Shown piece by piece: positions 8,275 to 18,154 of a stretch of DNA of 64,000 bases. The stretch covers positions 1,536,001 to 1,600,000 of the forward strand of contig OZ252098.1 in NCBI GenBank assembly GCA_965248355.1. Direction: 5' to 3'. A program made the position numbers and the translations under genes. The stretch comes from Candidatus Latescibacterota bacterium. Its GTDB lineage: Bacteria; Latescibacterota; UBA2968; UBA8231. Below the pieces are notes generated by a model. The model was not told the origin of the DNA. It saw only the letters and a program-made list of their open reading frames with translations, and ran no database searches. How positions within the stretch are numbered: the stretch's first letter is position 1; each line of letters starts with the position of its first letter.

Positions 8275-9905
8275 GGCGTCACCGCCGAGGGCGTGATCCG
8301 CGCCCGTTCCACCGTTCCGTCGAAGCGGGCCGTTCCTCCGCTCAGCTCCCCCACCGTCACCTCGGCGTCGCACTCGACCAGCCGGCCCTCGGCCTCGCGC
8401 CGGGCGGCCAGCTCGCCGTCGACGTAGAGCCGCAGGCTACGCCCGTCGTACACCCCGGCGAGGTGGTGGGCTCCCGGCGCCAGCCTCCGGTAGGCGGCGA
8501 CGCTGCGCACGCCTGTCTCGGTGTTGATCAGGAAGCTCGGACCCGGGGCCGCGGCGCACAGGCCGCCGTTGTGGCCGTAGTCCCCGTAGCGCAGGCTGAA
8601 GGCACCGCCGCGGCCCAGGGTATCGCAGCGCAGCACCCGGCCGTGGTAGGCCTCTCCCCGGCCGTCGTAGAGAGGGGCGGCGTAGAAGTAGCGGCCGTCG
8701 AAGGCGCCGGCGTTGTAGCCGACGGTGTGCAGACCGTCGGTGTGGGAGGCGTCGTAGGCCGACCAGCTGCCGGCCTCGGCGAAGGGGCGGGTCGTGTCAT
8801 AGCGCAGGAAGTTGCAGTGCTGGGGGATCCCGCCCGCGGCGACGGGCCGCGTCCAGGGGCAGTAGTAGACGTAGCGGCCGTCGAAGAAGCCGCCGTCGAA
8901 GCCGCCCGTCTCCAGACCATCGGTGCCGCCGGCCTCCCAGCTCTCCCAGGCGTCCCCGGCGGCGAAGGGCCGGGTGGTGTCGTAGCGGACCATGCGGCTG
9001 TGGTGGTAGGCGCAGAAGTAGAGATACCGGCCGTCGAAGACGGCGCCCACGTTCATCCCCAGGCCGTGGGGGCGCGCGTCGTGGACCTCCCAGGCACGCG
9101 GGTCGTCGAAGGGCCCCCGGGTGTCGTGGCGGGCGACGACGCCGTGGAGGAGGGGGACCAGGTAGATGTAACGGCCGTCGAAGGCCCCGCCGTCGAAGCA
9201 GACGGCGTGCGGCGAAAGGCGGGCGGTGTCGAAGACCTGGTAGCTCTCCGGATCGCGGAACCCGCCGCGCGTGTCCAGGCGCAGCACCCGGCCGCTGTGC
9301 CCACCTTCGTCGAAGGGCCGCCCCGGGACGCTCTCGTACCCCGGCGGGAAGTAGATGTGGCGGCCGTCGGTGGCCGCCCCCTGGCCCGACACGGCCAGCC
9401 CGGCGTCGTGGGCGCTCCACGAGGCGGGGTCGCCGAAGGGGCGGCTCACGTCGAAACGCAGGACGCGGCTGTGGTAGCTCTCCCGGTCCTCGCGGGGGGT
9501 GAAGACCACCTGCCCCCCGTCGAAGGCGGCCCCGTAGTAGCTGACCGTGTTCAGGCCGTCGGTGCTTCCGGCGTCGAAGGCCTCCCAGGCCGAGGAATCG
9601 TGGAAGTCGGCGTGGGTGTCGCAGCGCAGGACGTGGCCGTGGACGCTGTCCCGCCGGCGGAAGGGACGGATCGGACAGTAGTAGACGTGGCGGCCGTCGA
9701 AGACGGCCCCGTAGTGGCCGGCGCACAGCAGGCCGTCCGTGTGGGTCGCCTCCCAGGCCGAGAACACGGGCCTGTCCGCGGGCCTCCACTGCGACACGAG
9801 AGGCTGCATCGCCTCGGCCCGGTCGGCCGAGGTGCGCACCCACGCCTCCACCGTGATCTGTCCCTCCGGCCCCGGCCGGGGGTCGGTCTGCGCCATGTCC
9901 GTCAT
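8271..9905 (-). CDS. Seven-repeat FDGRY beta-propeller protein with split LamG/ConA-like domain
   Basis: Seven G[AG]xxDG[RG]xxx repeats; ITVEAWVR at the N-terminus and HHLAGVYDG..LRLYVDG..FDGTVERARI at the C-terminus are LamG-like. Start is ATG 9905 or 9896. Confidence 0.75.
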   Translation of the reverse strand: MTDMAQTDPRPGPEGQITVEAWVRTSADRAEAMQPLVSQWRPADRPVFSAWEATHTDGLLCAGHYGAVFDGRHVYYCPIRPFRRRDSVHGHVLRCDTHADFHDSSAWEAFDAGSTDGLNTVSYYGAAFDGGQVVFTPREDRESYHSRVLRFDVSRPFGDPASWSAHDAGLAVSGQGAATDGRHIYFPPGYESVPGRPFDEGGHSGRVLRLDTRGGFRDPESYQVFDTARLSPHAVCFDGGAFDGRYIYLVPLLHGVVARHDTRGPFDDPRAWEVHDARPHGLGMNVGAVFDGRYLYFCAYHHSRMVRYDTTRPFAAGDAWESWEAGGTDGLETGGFDGGFFDGRYVYYCPWTRPVAAGGIPQHCNFLRYDTTRPFAEAGSWSAYDASHTDGLHTVGYNAGAFDGRYFYAAPLYDGRGEAYHGRVLRCDTLGRGGAFSLRYGDYGHNGGLCAAAPGPSFLINTETGVRSVAAYRRLAPGAHHLAGVYDGRSLRLYVDGELAARREAEGRLVECDAEVTVGELSGGTARFDGTVERARITPSAVTP

Positions 9906-10030
9906 GCCGAGCGAGTCTAGCCGGGATCGACCGGCCGTCAACTCGCCGGCGGCTCCGCGTGCCGCATGTCGTCCGATTCCATATCGTAGGCACTCCCCAA
10001 AATCCAACCTTTTGCCGAGGACCGCCCAAG

Positions 10031-10798
10031 ATGAAGCTTGGCGAGATGACCTGGCCCGAGATCCGGGAGCTGGACCGCGAGCGCTTCGTGGCCGTCTACC
10101 CGATCGCATCCTTCGAGCAGCACGGCGACCACCTGCCCATGCTCACCGACACCCTGGAGTGCGAAGGCATCGCCGCCGCCATGGACGAGCGCGTGGGCGA
10201 CCGCATCGTCGTCCTGCCCACGCAGTGGCTGGGCTACTCCTTCCACCACATGCGCTTCGGCGGCAGCCTGACGGCCACCTCGCAGACCCACGTGGGGCTG
10301 CTCGTGGAGACGATCGGCGGCCTGGTGCGGGCCGGGTTCGACAAGGTCCTGATCGTCAACGGCCACGGCGGCAACCAGGCGGACATGCGCGTCGCCCTGC
10401 AGGACCTGCGCGAGCGCCACATGGAGGCCCGGGTATACGGCGCCTCCTGGTGGGAGGTGGCGCAGCCGGGGCTCGACGAGGTGCGCACCGCCGGACCCGA
10501 CGGCTCCGGCCACGCCGGGGAGACGGAGACCTCCTTGATGCTGCACCTGTATCCGCACCTGGTGCGCGGCGACCGCCGGGCCCGCGGCGGCGTGAGGGCT
10601 CCCTCCGCCCACCAGGGGCAGGTCCAGCGCTTCCACATGCTCGACGAGGTCAGCCCCCGGGGCCACTTCGGCGACCCCGGCGCGGCCAGCGCCGAGAAGG
10701 GCGAGCGCATGCTCGGAGCGATCGTCGACAGCCTCTGCGAGATCGTCGACGACATCCTCGCCGGACGCCTGGAGCCTCAGCCGACGAGGGAACCATGA
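10031..10798 (+). CDS. Creatininase/creatinine amidohydrolase family protein
   Basis: MKLGEMTWPEI, EQHGDHLPMLTD, NGHGGN and HAGETETS motifs. Confidence 0.92.
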   Translation: MKLGEMTWPEIRELDRERFVAVYPIASFEQHGDHLPMLTDTLECEGIAAAMDERVGDRIVVLPTQWLGYSFHHMRFGGSLTATSQTHVGLLVETIGGLVRAGFDKVLIVNGHGGNQADMRVALQDLRERHMEARVYGASWWEVAQPGLDEVRTAGPDGSGHAGETETSLMLHLYPHLVRGDRRARGGVRAPSAHQGQVQRFHMLDEVSPRGHFGDPGAASAEKGERMLGAIVDSLCEIVDDILAGRLEPQPTREP

Positions 10799-11646
10799 CC
10801 CCGCAGACCCCGGACCAGATCGGCCTCTGCAGCTGGTCCATGCTGCCTCGCGACGCCGGCCACATGGCCGCCATCATGGAGCAACTGGGCGTGAAGAAGC
10901 TGCAGCTCGGCCTGGTTCCCCATCGCGACGACGCCGGCATCGTCGACGGCGTCCCCGAGGCCCTGGAGCGCGTCGGGGCCCGCGTCGTCTCGGGCATGTT
11001 CGGCACCGTCGGCGAGGACTACACGACGATGGGGACGATCCGGCGCACCGGCGGCATCGTCCCCGACGAGCACTGGGAGGCCAACCAGCAGGTGGCCCGC
11101 AATGCCGCGGCCAAGGCCCGGGCGTTCGGACTGCCCATGGTGATGTTCCACGCCGGCTTCCTGCCCCACGACATGGAGAGCGCCGAGTTCCGCAAGCTCG
11201 CCGAGCGCATCGAGATCGTGGCCGGGATCTTCGGCGGCCAGGGCATCGACCTGATCTTCGAGACCGGCCAGGAGACGGGCGACGACCTGTGGGCCTTCTT
11301 CGACCACCTCGAGGGCCGCGGGGTAACCAACGTGGGGGTGAACTTCGACCCGGCCAACATGATCCTCTACGACAAGGGCGACCCCATCGAGGCGTTGCGC
11401 AAGCTCCTGCCGCGGGTCCGGTCGATCCACATCAAGGACGCCATCCGCACCGGGACACCCGGCGAGTGGGGCGCCGAGGCCGTGGTCGGCGAGGGCCAGG
11501 TCGACTGGCCCGCCTTCGTCCGGATCCTGGCCGAAGGCGACTACAGCGGCGACCTGCACGTCGAGCGCGAGTGGGGGGACGACCGCGTGGGCGACGCGCG
11601 CATGGCCATCGACGAGATCACCCGGGTCATGAACGAGGCGGGATGA
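10795..11646 (+). CDS. Sugar phosphate isomerase/epimerase (xylose isomerase-like TIM barrel)
   Basis: ATGA overlap at 10795; FETGQE, NFDPANMILY, HIKDA, GEGQVDW and VERE metal-ligand motifs. Confidence 0.9.
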   Translation: MTPQTPDQIGLCSWSMLPRDAGHMAAIMEQLGVKKLQLGLVPHRDDAGIVDGVPEALERVGARVVSGMFGTVGEDYTTMGTIRRTGGIVPDEHWEANQQVARNAAAKARAFGLPMVMFHAGFLPHDMESAEFRKLAERIEIVAGIFGGQGIDLIFETGQETGDDLWAFFDHLEGRGVTNVGVNFDPANMILYDKGDPIEALRKLLPRVRSIHIKDAIRTGTPGEWGAEAVVGEGQVDWPAFVRILAEGDYSGDLHVEREWGDDRVGDARMAIDEITRVMNEAG

Positions 11647-13380
11647 CCAACGAGGAGAACTACTGCTTCGACGTGGGCGGCTACCTCGTCGTGAGGGCCG
11701 CCCTGCAGCCGGCGGAGGTGCTGGCCGTCAACGCCGCCCTCGACCGTGTGGGACGGCCGGAGGGGATGCTCGGCTGGACCGGAAAGGAGCGCGAACCCTT
11801 CCGCGACCTGCTCGTGCACCCGGTCCTGGTTCACTACCTCAACCAGATCTGCGGCAGCGGCTTCCGCCTGGAGAAGCTGCCGGGGCTGATCGCCGACGAT
11901 CCGGCCGGCGGCGGCTTCGACGGCACCCTCGCCGGTGGCGACGAGCCCCGCCACCCGGCCCTGGCCTATTACCACCAGAACAACCGCCGCCAGTGCCAGC
12001 TCGTGCGCGCCGTCTGGGCCCTGTCCGACGTCGACGAGGAAGCCGGCGGGCTGGTCTTCGTGCAGGCCAGCCACAAGACGAACGTGCCCCCGCCCCCCGG
12101 CTTGCTGGAGGGCGAGCGCGACCTGGGGCTGGTGCGCGGGATCCGGCTGCGTGCCGGCGACCTGCTGTTGCTCGCCGGCACCCTCATCCACGGCCTGCGC
12201 CCGTGGAAGGGCCGCGGCCCCCTGCGCCTGCTCGACTACGGATTCGCCGCCCGCGGCGTCTGCCTCGAGGCCGGCACCGGTCCGCAGGCCGGGGAGCCGG
12301 GCCCGCCCGAGTGGCACGCCGAGTTGACCCCCGAACAGCGCGCCGTGCTCTACCAGCCCGGCCGCCGCGCCGAGACCCCGGCGCCGGTGCTGGCCGCCGA
12401 CGGCGGCCACTGCCGGGTCTCGGAGTCCCCGGAACCCCGGCACCCGTCCTTTCTCGCCCCCGACCCGGCCAGCGGCATCGACCACGAGGAGCTGTTCTAC
12501 TGGGACCTGTGCGGCCACCTCGTCCTGCGCCAGGTGATGGACCCGGACGACTTGGCCCTGGCCAACGAGGCGATCGACCGCTTCGAGGAGCGCATCGTCG
12601 TCGGGGAGGAGCTGGCGCGCGGATCGACTTCCCTGGCCGGCACCGGCCGGCCCACCCTGGGCGGCCTCCTGCAGCTGCCGCCGCCCTGGTGCGACCCCTT
12701 CCGCCGCATGGTCGCCCATCCCGCCATCGTCCACCGCCTCACCTGGATGGGCGGCAGCGGCTTCCGCTGCAGCCCGCCGGCCGCCTTCTGCGCCGTGAAG
12801 GGCACTTCGGGCCACGCCCTGCACGACGCCAACGAGCCGCTGAACCCCAGCCGCTCGTACGCGTTACAAGAACGGGCGCAGCTACTGCGAGGCGGTCACC
12901 GTGACCTGGCAATTGCGCGACCTGAACGAGGAAGACGGCGGCTTCGCCTGCGTGCCGGGCAGCCACAAGGCCCAGTACCCCATGCCCCCCGGCGTGCGCT
13001 CCTGCGACGACCACATGGGGCTGGTGGTCCACCCCACCTTCCGGGCCGGGGACGTGCTGCTGTTCATGGACGGGGCCCAGACCCACGGCGCCCTGACCTG
13101 GCGCGCGGAGATCCCGCGCCGGGGGATCCTCGTCAAGTACTCCTCCCGGAACTTCAACCGCGCCGGGGGAGAGCTGGTGCACCCGTCAGCGCGCTGGGGG
13201 GATCTGGTGGAGGGGATGACCGACGCGCAACTGACCGTCATGCGGGGCCCCGACCGGGACAACCACAACGGCAACGTGCCGCGCCTGGTCGTGGACGGCG
13301 GGCGCGTCCACATCGACTACGAGCGCCGGGGCGGCCTCTACAGCGCCGAGACGCCCAAGGGGCCGGTGGCCGCCGGCTGA
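11643..13380 (+). pseudogene. Tandem two-domain phytanoyl-CoA dioxygenase (PhyH)-like protein, +1 frameshift at ~12864
   Basis: Two PhyH-like repeats (FDVGGYLVVR / WDLCGHLVLR; VQASHK / VPGSHK; LIHG / QTHG). The sequence tac gcg t tac aag aac shifts into the frame ending at 13380. Confidence 0.8.
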
Positions 13381-13399
13381 GCCCTTCCCCGGGGCGCCC

Positions 13400-14401
13400 T
13401 CACCGTTGGGGCACCTTGACGACGCGGCCCTTCTGCCAGCTCTGGATGATGCTCTCGATGGCCAGCTGGACCTTGAGTGCGTCCTCGGCCTTGGCGTCGA
13501 CCTCGTCCGGGGGGGTGCCCTTGCGCAGATCGTCGATCCAGGCTCCGATCCGCGACGGGAAGGTGTCGGAGAACCCCATCATCCCGCCTAGGTGGTCGTA
13601 GCTCTCCACCTCGCTCGAGAACCGGGGGTAGAAGGTCAGCCGCTCGCAGGCCTCGTTGATGATCACGCGGCCCTCCGAGCCGACGAGTTCCAGGGTCTCC
13701 AGGCCATAGCTGCCACCGGCGTCGTACGAGCCCGTGAGATGGCCGATGACACCGTTGGCGAAGAGCAGGTTGGCCTGCACGTTGGACCAGGTCCTGCGGC
13801 CCTGGCCCTTCTTGAAGAAGGCCTGCACGCGCTCCAGGTCGCCGGCGAAGTAGCGCATCACGTCGAGGGAATGGGGATGCAGGGCGCGGATGTGGAACCA
13901 CGGGGAGGACTCGTTGGGGTTGTTGATCCACATCGTCATGTTGACCATGTGGAGCTCCCCCAGCCGGCCCTTCTGCAGCCAGTCCCTTGCCTTCACCGCC
14001 GCCGGCGTGAACCGGTGGTTCAGGTTGATGCCGTAGGGCAGGCCCATCTCCCTGGCGAGCTTCACCAGGCGCCGGGCCTTGGGAATCTCGTTGGAGATCG
14101 GCTTCTCCCCCAGCACCGGGATCCCCGCCTTCAGGAGCTGCATGGTCGGCGCGTAGTGGTCGCCGCCGTTCTCCACGCCCGCCGTGGCGACGCTGGCGGC
14201 GTCGATGCCGATGCCGCTGTTGAGCATGCGGCGCACGGTGTAGAAGGCCCGCGCCCCGTGGGCGGCGGCCCCTTGGTCGGCCCTCTCCGGGCTGATGTCA
14301 CAAACGGCCACCACCTCGGCGTGAGGGCTGGCCTGGTAGCAGCTGGCGTGGCGGTTGCCGATACCGCCCATGCCCACCACGGCGATACGAAGCTTGCCCA
14401 T
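13400..14401 (-). CDS. Gfo/Idh/MocA family oxidoreductase
   Basis: GMGGIG Rossmann motif, EKP, NHRF, HSLD. Confidence 0.92.
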   Translation of the reverse strand: MGKLRIAVVGMGGIGNRHASCYQASPHAEVVAVCDISPERADQGAAAHGARAFYTVRRMLNSGIGIDAASVATAGVENGGDHYAPTMQLLKAGIPVLGEKPISNEIPKARRLVKLAREMGLPYGINLNHRFTPAAVKARDWLQKGRLGELHMVNMTMWINNPNESSPWFHIRALHPHSLDVMRYFAGDLERVQAFFKKGQGRRTWSNVQANLLFANGVIGHLTGSYDAGGSYGLETLELVGSEGRVIINEACERLTFYPRFSSEVESYDHLGGMMGFSDTFPSRIGAWIDDLRKGTPPDEVDAKAEDALKVQLAIESIIQSWQKGRVVKVPQR

Positions 14402-14433
14402 TCTCTCTCCTCGTGCCGGGTCTCGCAGACCCG

Positions 14434-15504
14434 TCAGGCGCCGTCGACGGGCGCGGGGAGCGTCACCCCCAGTTCACCGGCCAGGGCCGCGATCTGTCCC
14501 CAGGCAGTGTCGTCCACCTCCATCCCCTCCCGCAGCCGCCGCTCATGGATGCGGTGCGAGTTCTCCCCCGGCAGCATGACCTCCTCGAAGCCCTCCATGG
14601 GCGGACAGGACTTGAGCCAGTCGATGAAGTCGTCCACCTCGCCGAGGAACTCGTCCAGGTCGCGGAAGGCGGAGATGTCGTACACCGTGAGGAACAGGGC
14701 GTTGCCCGTCTCCGGCGGATCGGCTTGGCTGCAGCCCGCGCCCGACAGACCGCCGGCCAGGATGTCGATGACGAGGGCCAGACCGAAGCCCTTGTGGCCC
14801 ACCACCGGGAACCCCAGGGGCAGCATCGCCCCCGGAGGGTTGCCGAAGTAGTCCTCCACGTCCGTCGTCAGCCGGCCGTGCCCGTCGATGAGGGAACCCT
14901 CGGGGGCGGGGGTCCCGCGGTTCCGGTAGTCGCGCAGGGCGCCCCCCGAGGTCATGCTCGTCGTCATGTCGAGGACGATGGGCCAGTCTCGACGGGTCGG
15001 GATGCCCACGGCCAGCGGATTCGTCGGCAGGCGCCGCTCGCGCCCGCCGTACGGAGCCACGGCCAGGTCGGAGCCGTGGCCGTTGGCGCACAGCACGCCG
15101 ATCAGGTGCCCCCGGCGGGCGATGAGGTCGACGAAGCGCCCGAGGCGCGCCACGTGGTTGCAGTCCTTGACCGTCACCGCCACGATGGGGTGGGAGGCCG
15201 CGCGCTCGATGGCCAGCTCGGCGGCGCGGGCGGCGGTCACGGGGCCGAAGTTCCAGCCGCCGCTGACCTGCACGACCCCGCCCCTGTCGTGCAGGATCTC
15301 GAGCTCGGCGCCGGGCTTGACCTGCCCCTTGCGGACCATGTCGGTGTACTGGGGAAAGCGCAGGACCGAGTGCGAGTCGTGGCCCAGCAGCCCGGACTCG
15401 ACCATGTGGCCGGAGACCAACTCGGCCTCCGAGGGGGGCACGCCGACGGTGGTGAACAGGTCCCGGCCGAGTCGCTTCAGGTCCTGGGCGCGGAATCGCG
15501 GCAC
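14434..15504 (-). CDS. Ldh_2 (malate/L-lactate/L-sulfolactate dehydrogenase-like) oxidoreductase
   Basis: GTG start after GGAGGG; GHDSH, NHVARLG, TNPLAVG, LDMTTS, GHKGFGL and LPGE motifs. Confidence 0.9.
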   Translation of the reverse strand: MPRFRAQDLKRLGRDLFTTVGVPPSEAELVSGHMVESGLLGHDSHSVLRFPQYTDMVRKGQVKPGAELEILHDRGGVVQVSGGWNFGPVTAARAAELAIERAASHPIVAVTVKDCNHVARLGRFVDLIARRGHLIGVLCANGHGSDLAVAPYGGRERRLPTNPLAVGIPTRRDWPIVLDMTTSMTSGGALRDYRNRGTPAPEGSLIDGHGRLTTDVEDYFGNPPGAMLPLGFPVVGHKGFGLALVIDILAGGLSGAGCSQADPPETGNALFLTVYDISAFRDLDEFLGEVDDFIDWLKSCPPMEGFEEVMLPGENSHRIHERRLREGMEVDDTAWGQIAALAGELGVTLPAPVDGA

Positions 15505-15568
15505 ATTCCCTCCCGGGGTCGCTCGGTGGAACGCCGTGGAACGGCGGATACTCTTTGGAGGGGGGCCG

Positions 15569-16774
15569 TCAGCCGGCGTCGGCCGGCGGCGGCGTGACCA
15601 CCAGCGCATTGGCCACCGGCCGCTCGCCGGTCTGATCGGACGGCCGGTTCACTACCTGCTCGCGCACGACCATGGTCGTCGACCCGCCTCCGTCGAGATT
15701 GATCGCCTGGTAGGCGTTGCGGCGGCTCTTCGTGAAGGGTGCCAGGTCGCTGGACATCAACTCGGCCAGCTCGGGCAGGCTCATGCCGACGCTGTGACCG
15801 GGCTGCCGGCCGTCGACGGTGACCAGGAACAGGTAGCGGCCCTCCCTCGAGAGTCCGATGGCCGTGCGCGGATGCCGGTCGTTGGCGAAGGACTCACCCA
15901 GGTGCTCGCGCTTGTGCTCGATGGAGATCCCGCCGTCCCGGATGATCCGCGGCCCCCCGCCGATGGCCAGGTCGAGGCTTCCGGTGGAGGGAGGCAGGGC
16001 GCAGTAGAGGTGCACCGTGTCGCCCGCGCTGATCACCGGATGGCGGGCGAAGTCCTCCCCGCCGGCCACCAGCCACTGCCCTTGCTGCAGGATCAGGGGC
16101 CAGGCTTGGCGGCGCATCTGCACGACTCGCACCGCGGCCGTGTCGTTGACCAGGGAGGTCGTGCCGTGAAGGCTCTGCAGGAAGAACCCGACCGGCGCCC
16201 GCACCGAGTCCTGTCGCCCCCGGGCGTGGCGGTTGTAGAGGGTGAGCTCGCCGTCGGTGCGGGGCTCCCGGTTGAGGCGGGAGAGACGCAGCACCTGACC
16301 CGACTTCGTGATCAGGCCGGCGTTCAGCTCGAAGACGCCCGTATGCGGGCGGCCGTCGGCGGCGAGAGCAAAGGCGGAGCGCGAACGGGGCTCCCCGATC
16401 AGCTCGCCATCGGTGATCTGCACGCCGAGGGGGCGTACGGACGTGCCGGCGTGGAAGAAGTCGCCGTTGATGGCGGCCAGGGCGTCGGCGGCCAGGGCGC
16501 TCGTCTTCACCAGGCCGAGTCCTTCGACCGGCGATCTCACCGTGCGCAGCCGGACCCCGGCCTGCCACGCCTCCTGCAGGTCGATCTCGACCACGTGGAT
16601 CGCCCACGGGCCGTCGATCAGGTCGATGGCGTGGTGCCAGACGCCGGGTGCCAGAGTCTCGGTGTCGGCCGGGCCCGTGGAGCCGCCGTAGGCGCCCGGG
16701 AGGCACAGCGTGGCGGCTACTGCGGCGAGACGCAGAATCCGAGGGGCGGAGATAGAATCGGGGAGTCGTGCCAC
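15569..16774 (-). CDS. Secreted phosphodiester glycosidase (NAGPA) family protein
   Basis: AAINGDFF, HPRTAIG, VDGRQ, NLDGGGST and NRPSD..ERPVAN motifs; signal-peptide-like N-terminus. Start uncertain. Confidence 0.88.
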   Translation of the reverse strand: MARLPDSISAPRILRLAAVAATLCLPGAYGGSTGPADTETLAPGVWHHAIDLIDGPWAIHVVEIDLQEAWQAGVRLRTVRSPVEGLGLVKTSALAADALAAINGDFFHAGTSVRPLGVQITDGELIGEPRSRSAFALAADGRPHTGVFELNAGLITKSGQVLRLSRLNREPRTDGELTLYNRHARGRQDSVRAPVGFFLQSLHGTTSLVNDTAAVRVVQMRRQAWPLILQQGQWLVAGGEDFARHPVISAGDTVHLYCALPPSTGSLDLAIGGGPRIIRDGGISIEHKREHLGESFANDRHPRTAIGLSREGRYLFLVTVDGRQPGHSVGMSLPELAELMSSDLAPFTKSRRNAYQAINLDGGGSTTMVVREQVVNRPSDQTGERPVANALVVTPPPADAG

Positions 16775-16900
16775 GTCAGCTTGCAGGGCGTGAATCAGGG
16801 GACGCCGCCGGGCGGGGGAGACCGCGCGGCGGATCGCGAAGGGCGCCAACGCCCAGAGGCGCCCGAGCCCGCAAAAACTACCTAGCCAGACCAAGCTCCG

Positions 16901-18154
16901 TCAAGGAAACTCTTTGCCGGTGGCGGTCACCTCCAGCGCACCGGCCCCGACGACGGCGCCGAACCCCATGCGCGAACGGATGTCGGTGATCGCCGCCCCG
17001 AGGCACCGCCGGCGGCGGCCGGACTCGCCGTCGAACAGGTCCTGCTGGCCGCTGGCCGGACTGGTGCGCGACGGCACGGCCGCGATCGTCCGGACCGCGA
17101 CGCGGCGCGCGTGGATCTGGCGGAACAGCGCCTCGGCCGCCGCGCACAGGACCGGGAAGTCGTCGGTGGCGGCGGCGAGCCGCGACGTTCGCTGCGCCCG
17201 GCGGTCGTCGGTGTAGGTGATGCGCAGGGTCAGGGACCGCGCCGCCAGGCCGCGCGACCGCAGCTCGTGGCAGGCGCGATCGACGGTGAGCGCCACGGCC
17301 GCGCGCAGCAGGCCGTCGTCGTTGGCGTCCTCGCGGAGCACGGTCTCGGCCTCGATGACCCCGGGCGCGCCTGGAAGCGCCTCGGCCTCCAGACCGTGGA
17401 CCGCCCCGTAGAGACGCTCCCCGGCCAGGCGGCCGAAGCGCCGCCGCAGGGCCCGTCGGTCGAGGGACAGCACCTGGTCCACCCTGTGGATGCCGTAACG
17501 GGCGGCCCGCTCACGGCAGGCCGAGCCGAGGCCGGGCAGATCGGCCAGCTCGGTGCGCGCCAGCACGCGGTCCTCGTCGCCCGGGGCGCACAGGGCGACG
17601 CCGCCGGGCAGGGCCTCGCGCCCCAGGGTGCGCGCCACCAGGCGGGCCGTGGAGACGCCGACGGCGATCTCGGCCAGGCCGCCGGCGTCGACGAGCTGCC
17701 GCCGGAGCTCGGCGCCCGCCGAGCGCCAGCCTTGAGCGCGGGCCGCGGGGGTCCCGCCGAGGTCGAGCAGCGCCGACAGCCTAGCCCACCCGTGGCGCAC
17801 CTGGAACACCGGGGTCCACCCCTCGAGGACGGCCGTCACGGACTCGGCGGCGGCGTTCTCGGCGGACTCGTCCCGGTCGACGACGGCGACCCGGCCCCGG
17901 TGCGCGCGGCGCATGGCGAACAGGGGCGTGCCCGGCTCGACCCCGAGATCGCGCGCCCGGGCGGAGACGGCCTGCACCGCCGCCCGGTGGCTGTCCCGGC
18001 TCTGCTGGAGGACGACGAAGGCCGAACCCCGCAGACCGGGGCAGGCGCGCTCGAGGGCCTGGGCGGCGAACCGGTCGACCTCGACGGCCAGCCACAGCGG
18101 TTGCGGCCGCGGCCGCGGCGGGCGGGCCACGGGACCCCTCGACAGGCGGGTCAC
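16901..18154 (-). CDS. imuB: Y-family polymerase homologue, probably catalytically inactive (ImuB-like)
   Basis: GTGA overlap with the dnaE2 stop. DinB-like fold (VSARARDLGV, LPGLG, LRITYTD little finger, QQDLF clamp motif), but DMDAFY and SIDE are replaced (AVEVDRF; no SxDE). Confidence 0.75.
   Translation of the reverse strand: MTRLSRGPVARPPRPRPQPLWLAVEVDRFAAQALERACPGLRGSAFVVLQQSRDSHRAAVQAVSARARDLGVEPGTPLFAMRRAHRGRVAVVDRDESAENAAAESVTAVLEGWTPVFQVRHGWARLSALLDLGGTPAARAQGWRSAGAELRRQLVDAGGLAEIAVGVSTARLVARTLGREALPGGVALCAPGDEDRVLARTELADLPGLGSACRERAARYGIHRVDQVLSLDRRALRRRFGRLAGERLYGAVHGLEAEALPGAPGVIEAETVLREDANDDGLLRAAVALTVDRACHELRSRGLAARSLTLRITYTDDRRAQRTSRLAAATDDFPVLCAAAEALFRQIHARRVAVRTIAAVPSRTSPASGQQDLFDGESGRRRRCLGAAITDIRSRMGFGAVVGAGALEVTATGKEFP

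Noticed and set aside
7690..12870. Programmed ribosomal frameshifting at the ~7706 and ~12864 breaks
   Set aside because: No slippery heptamer at either site; mutation or sequencing error is simpler.
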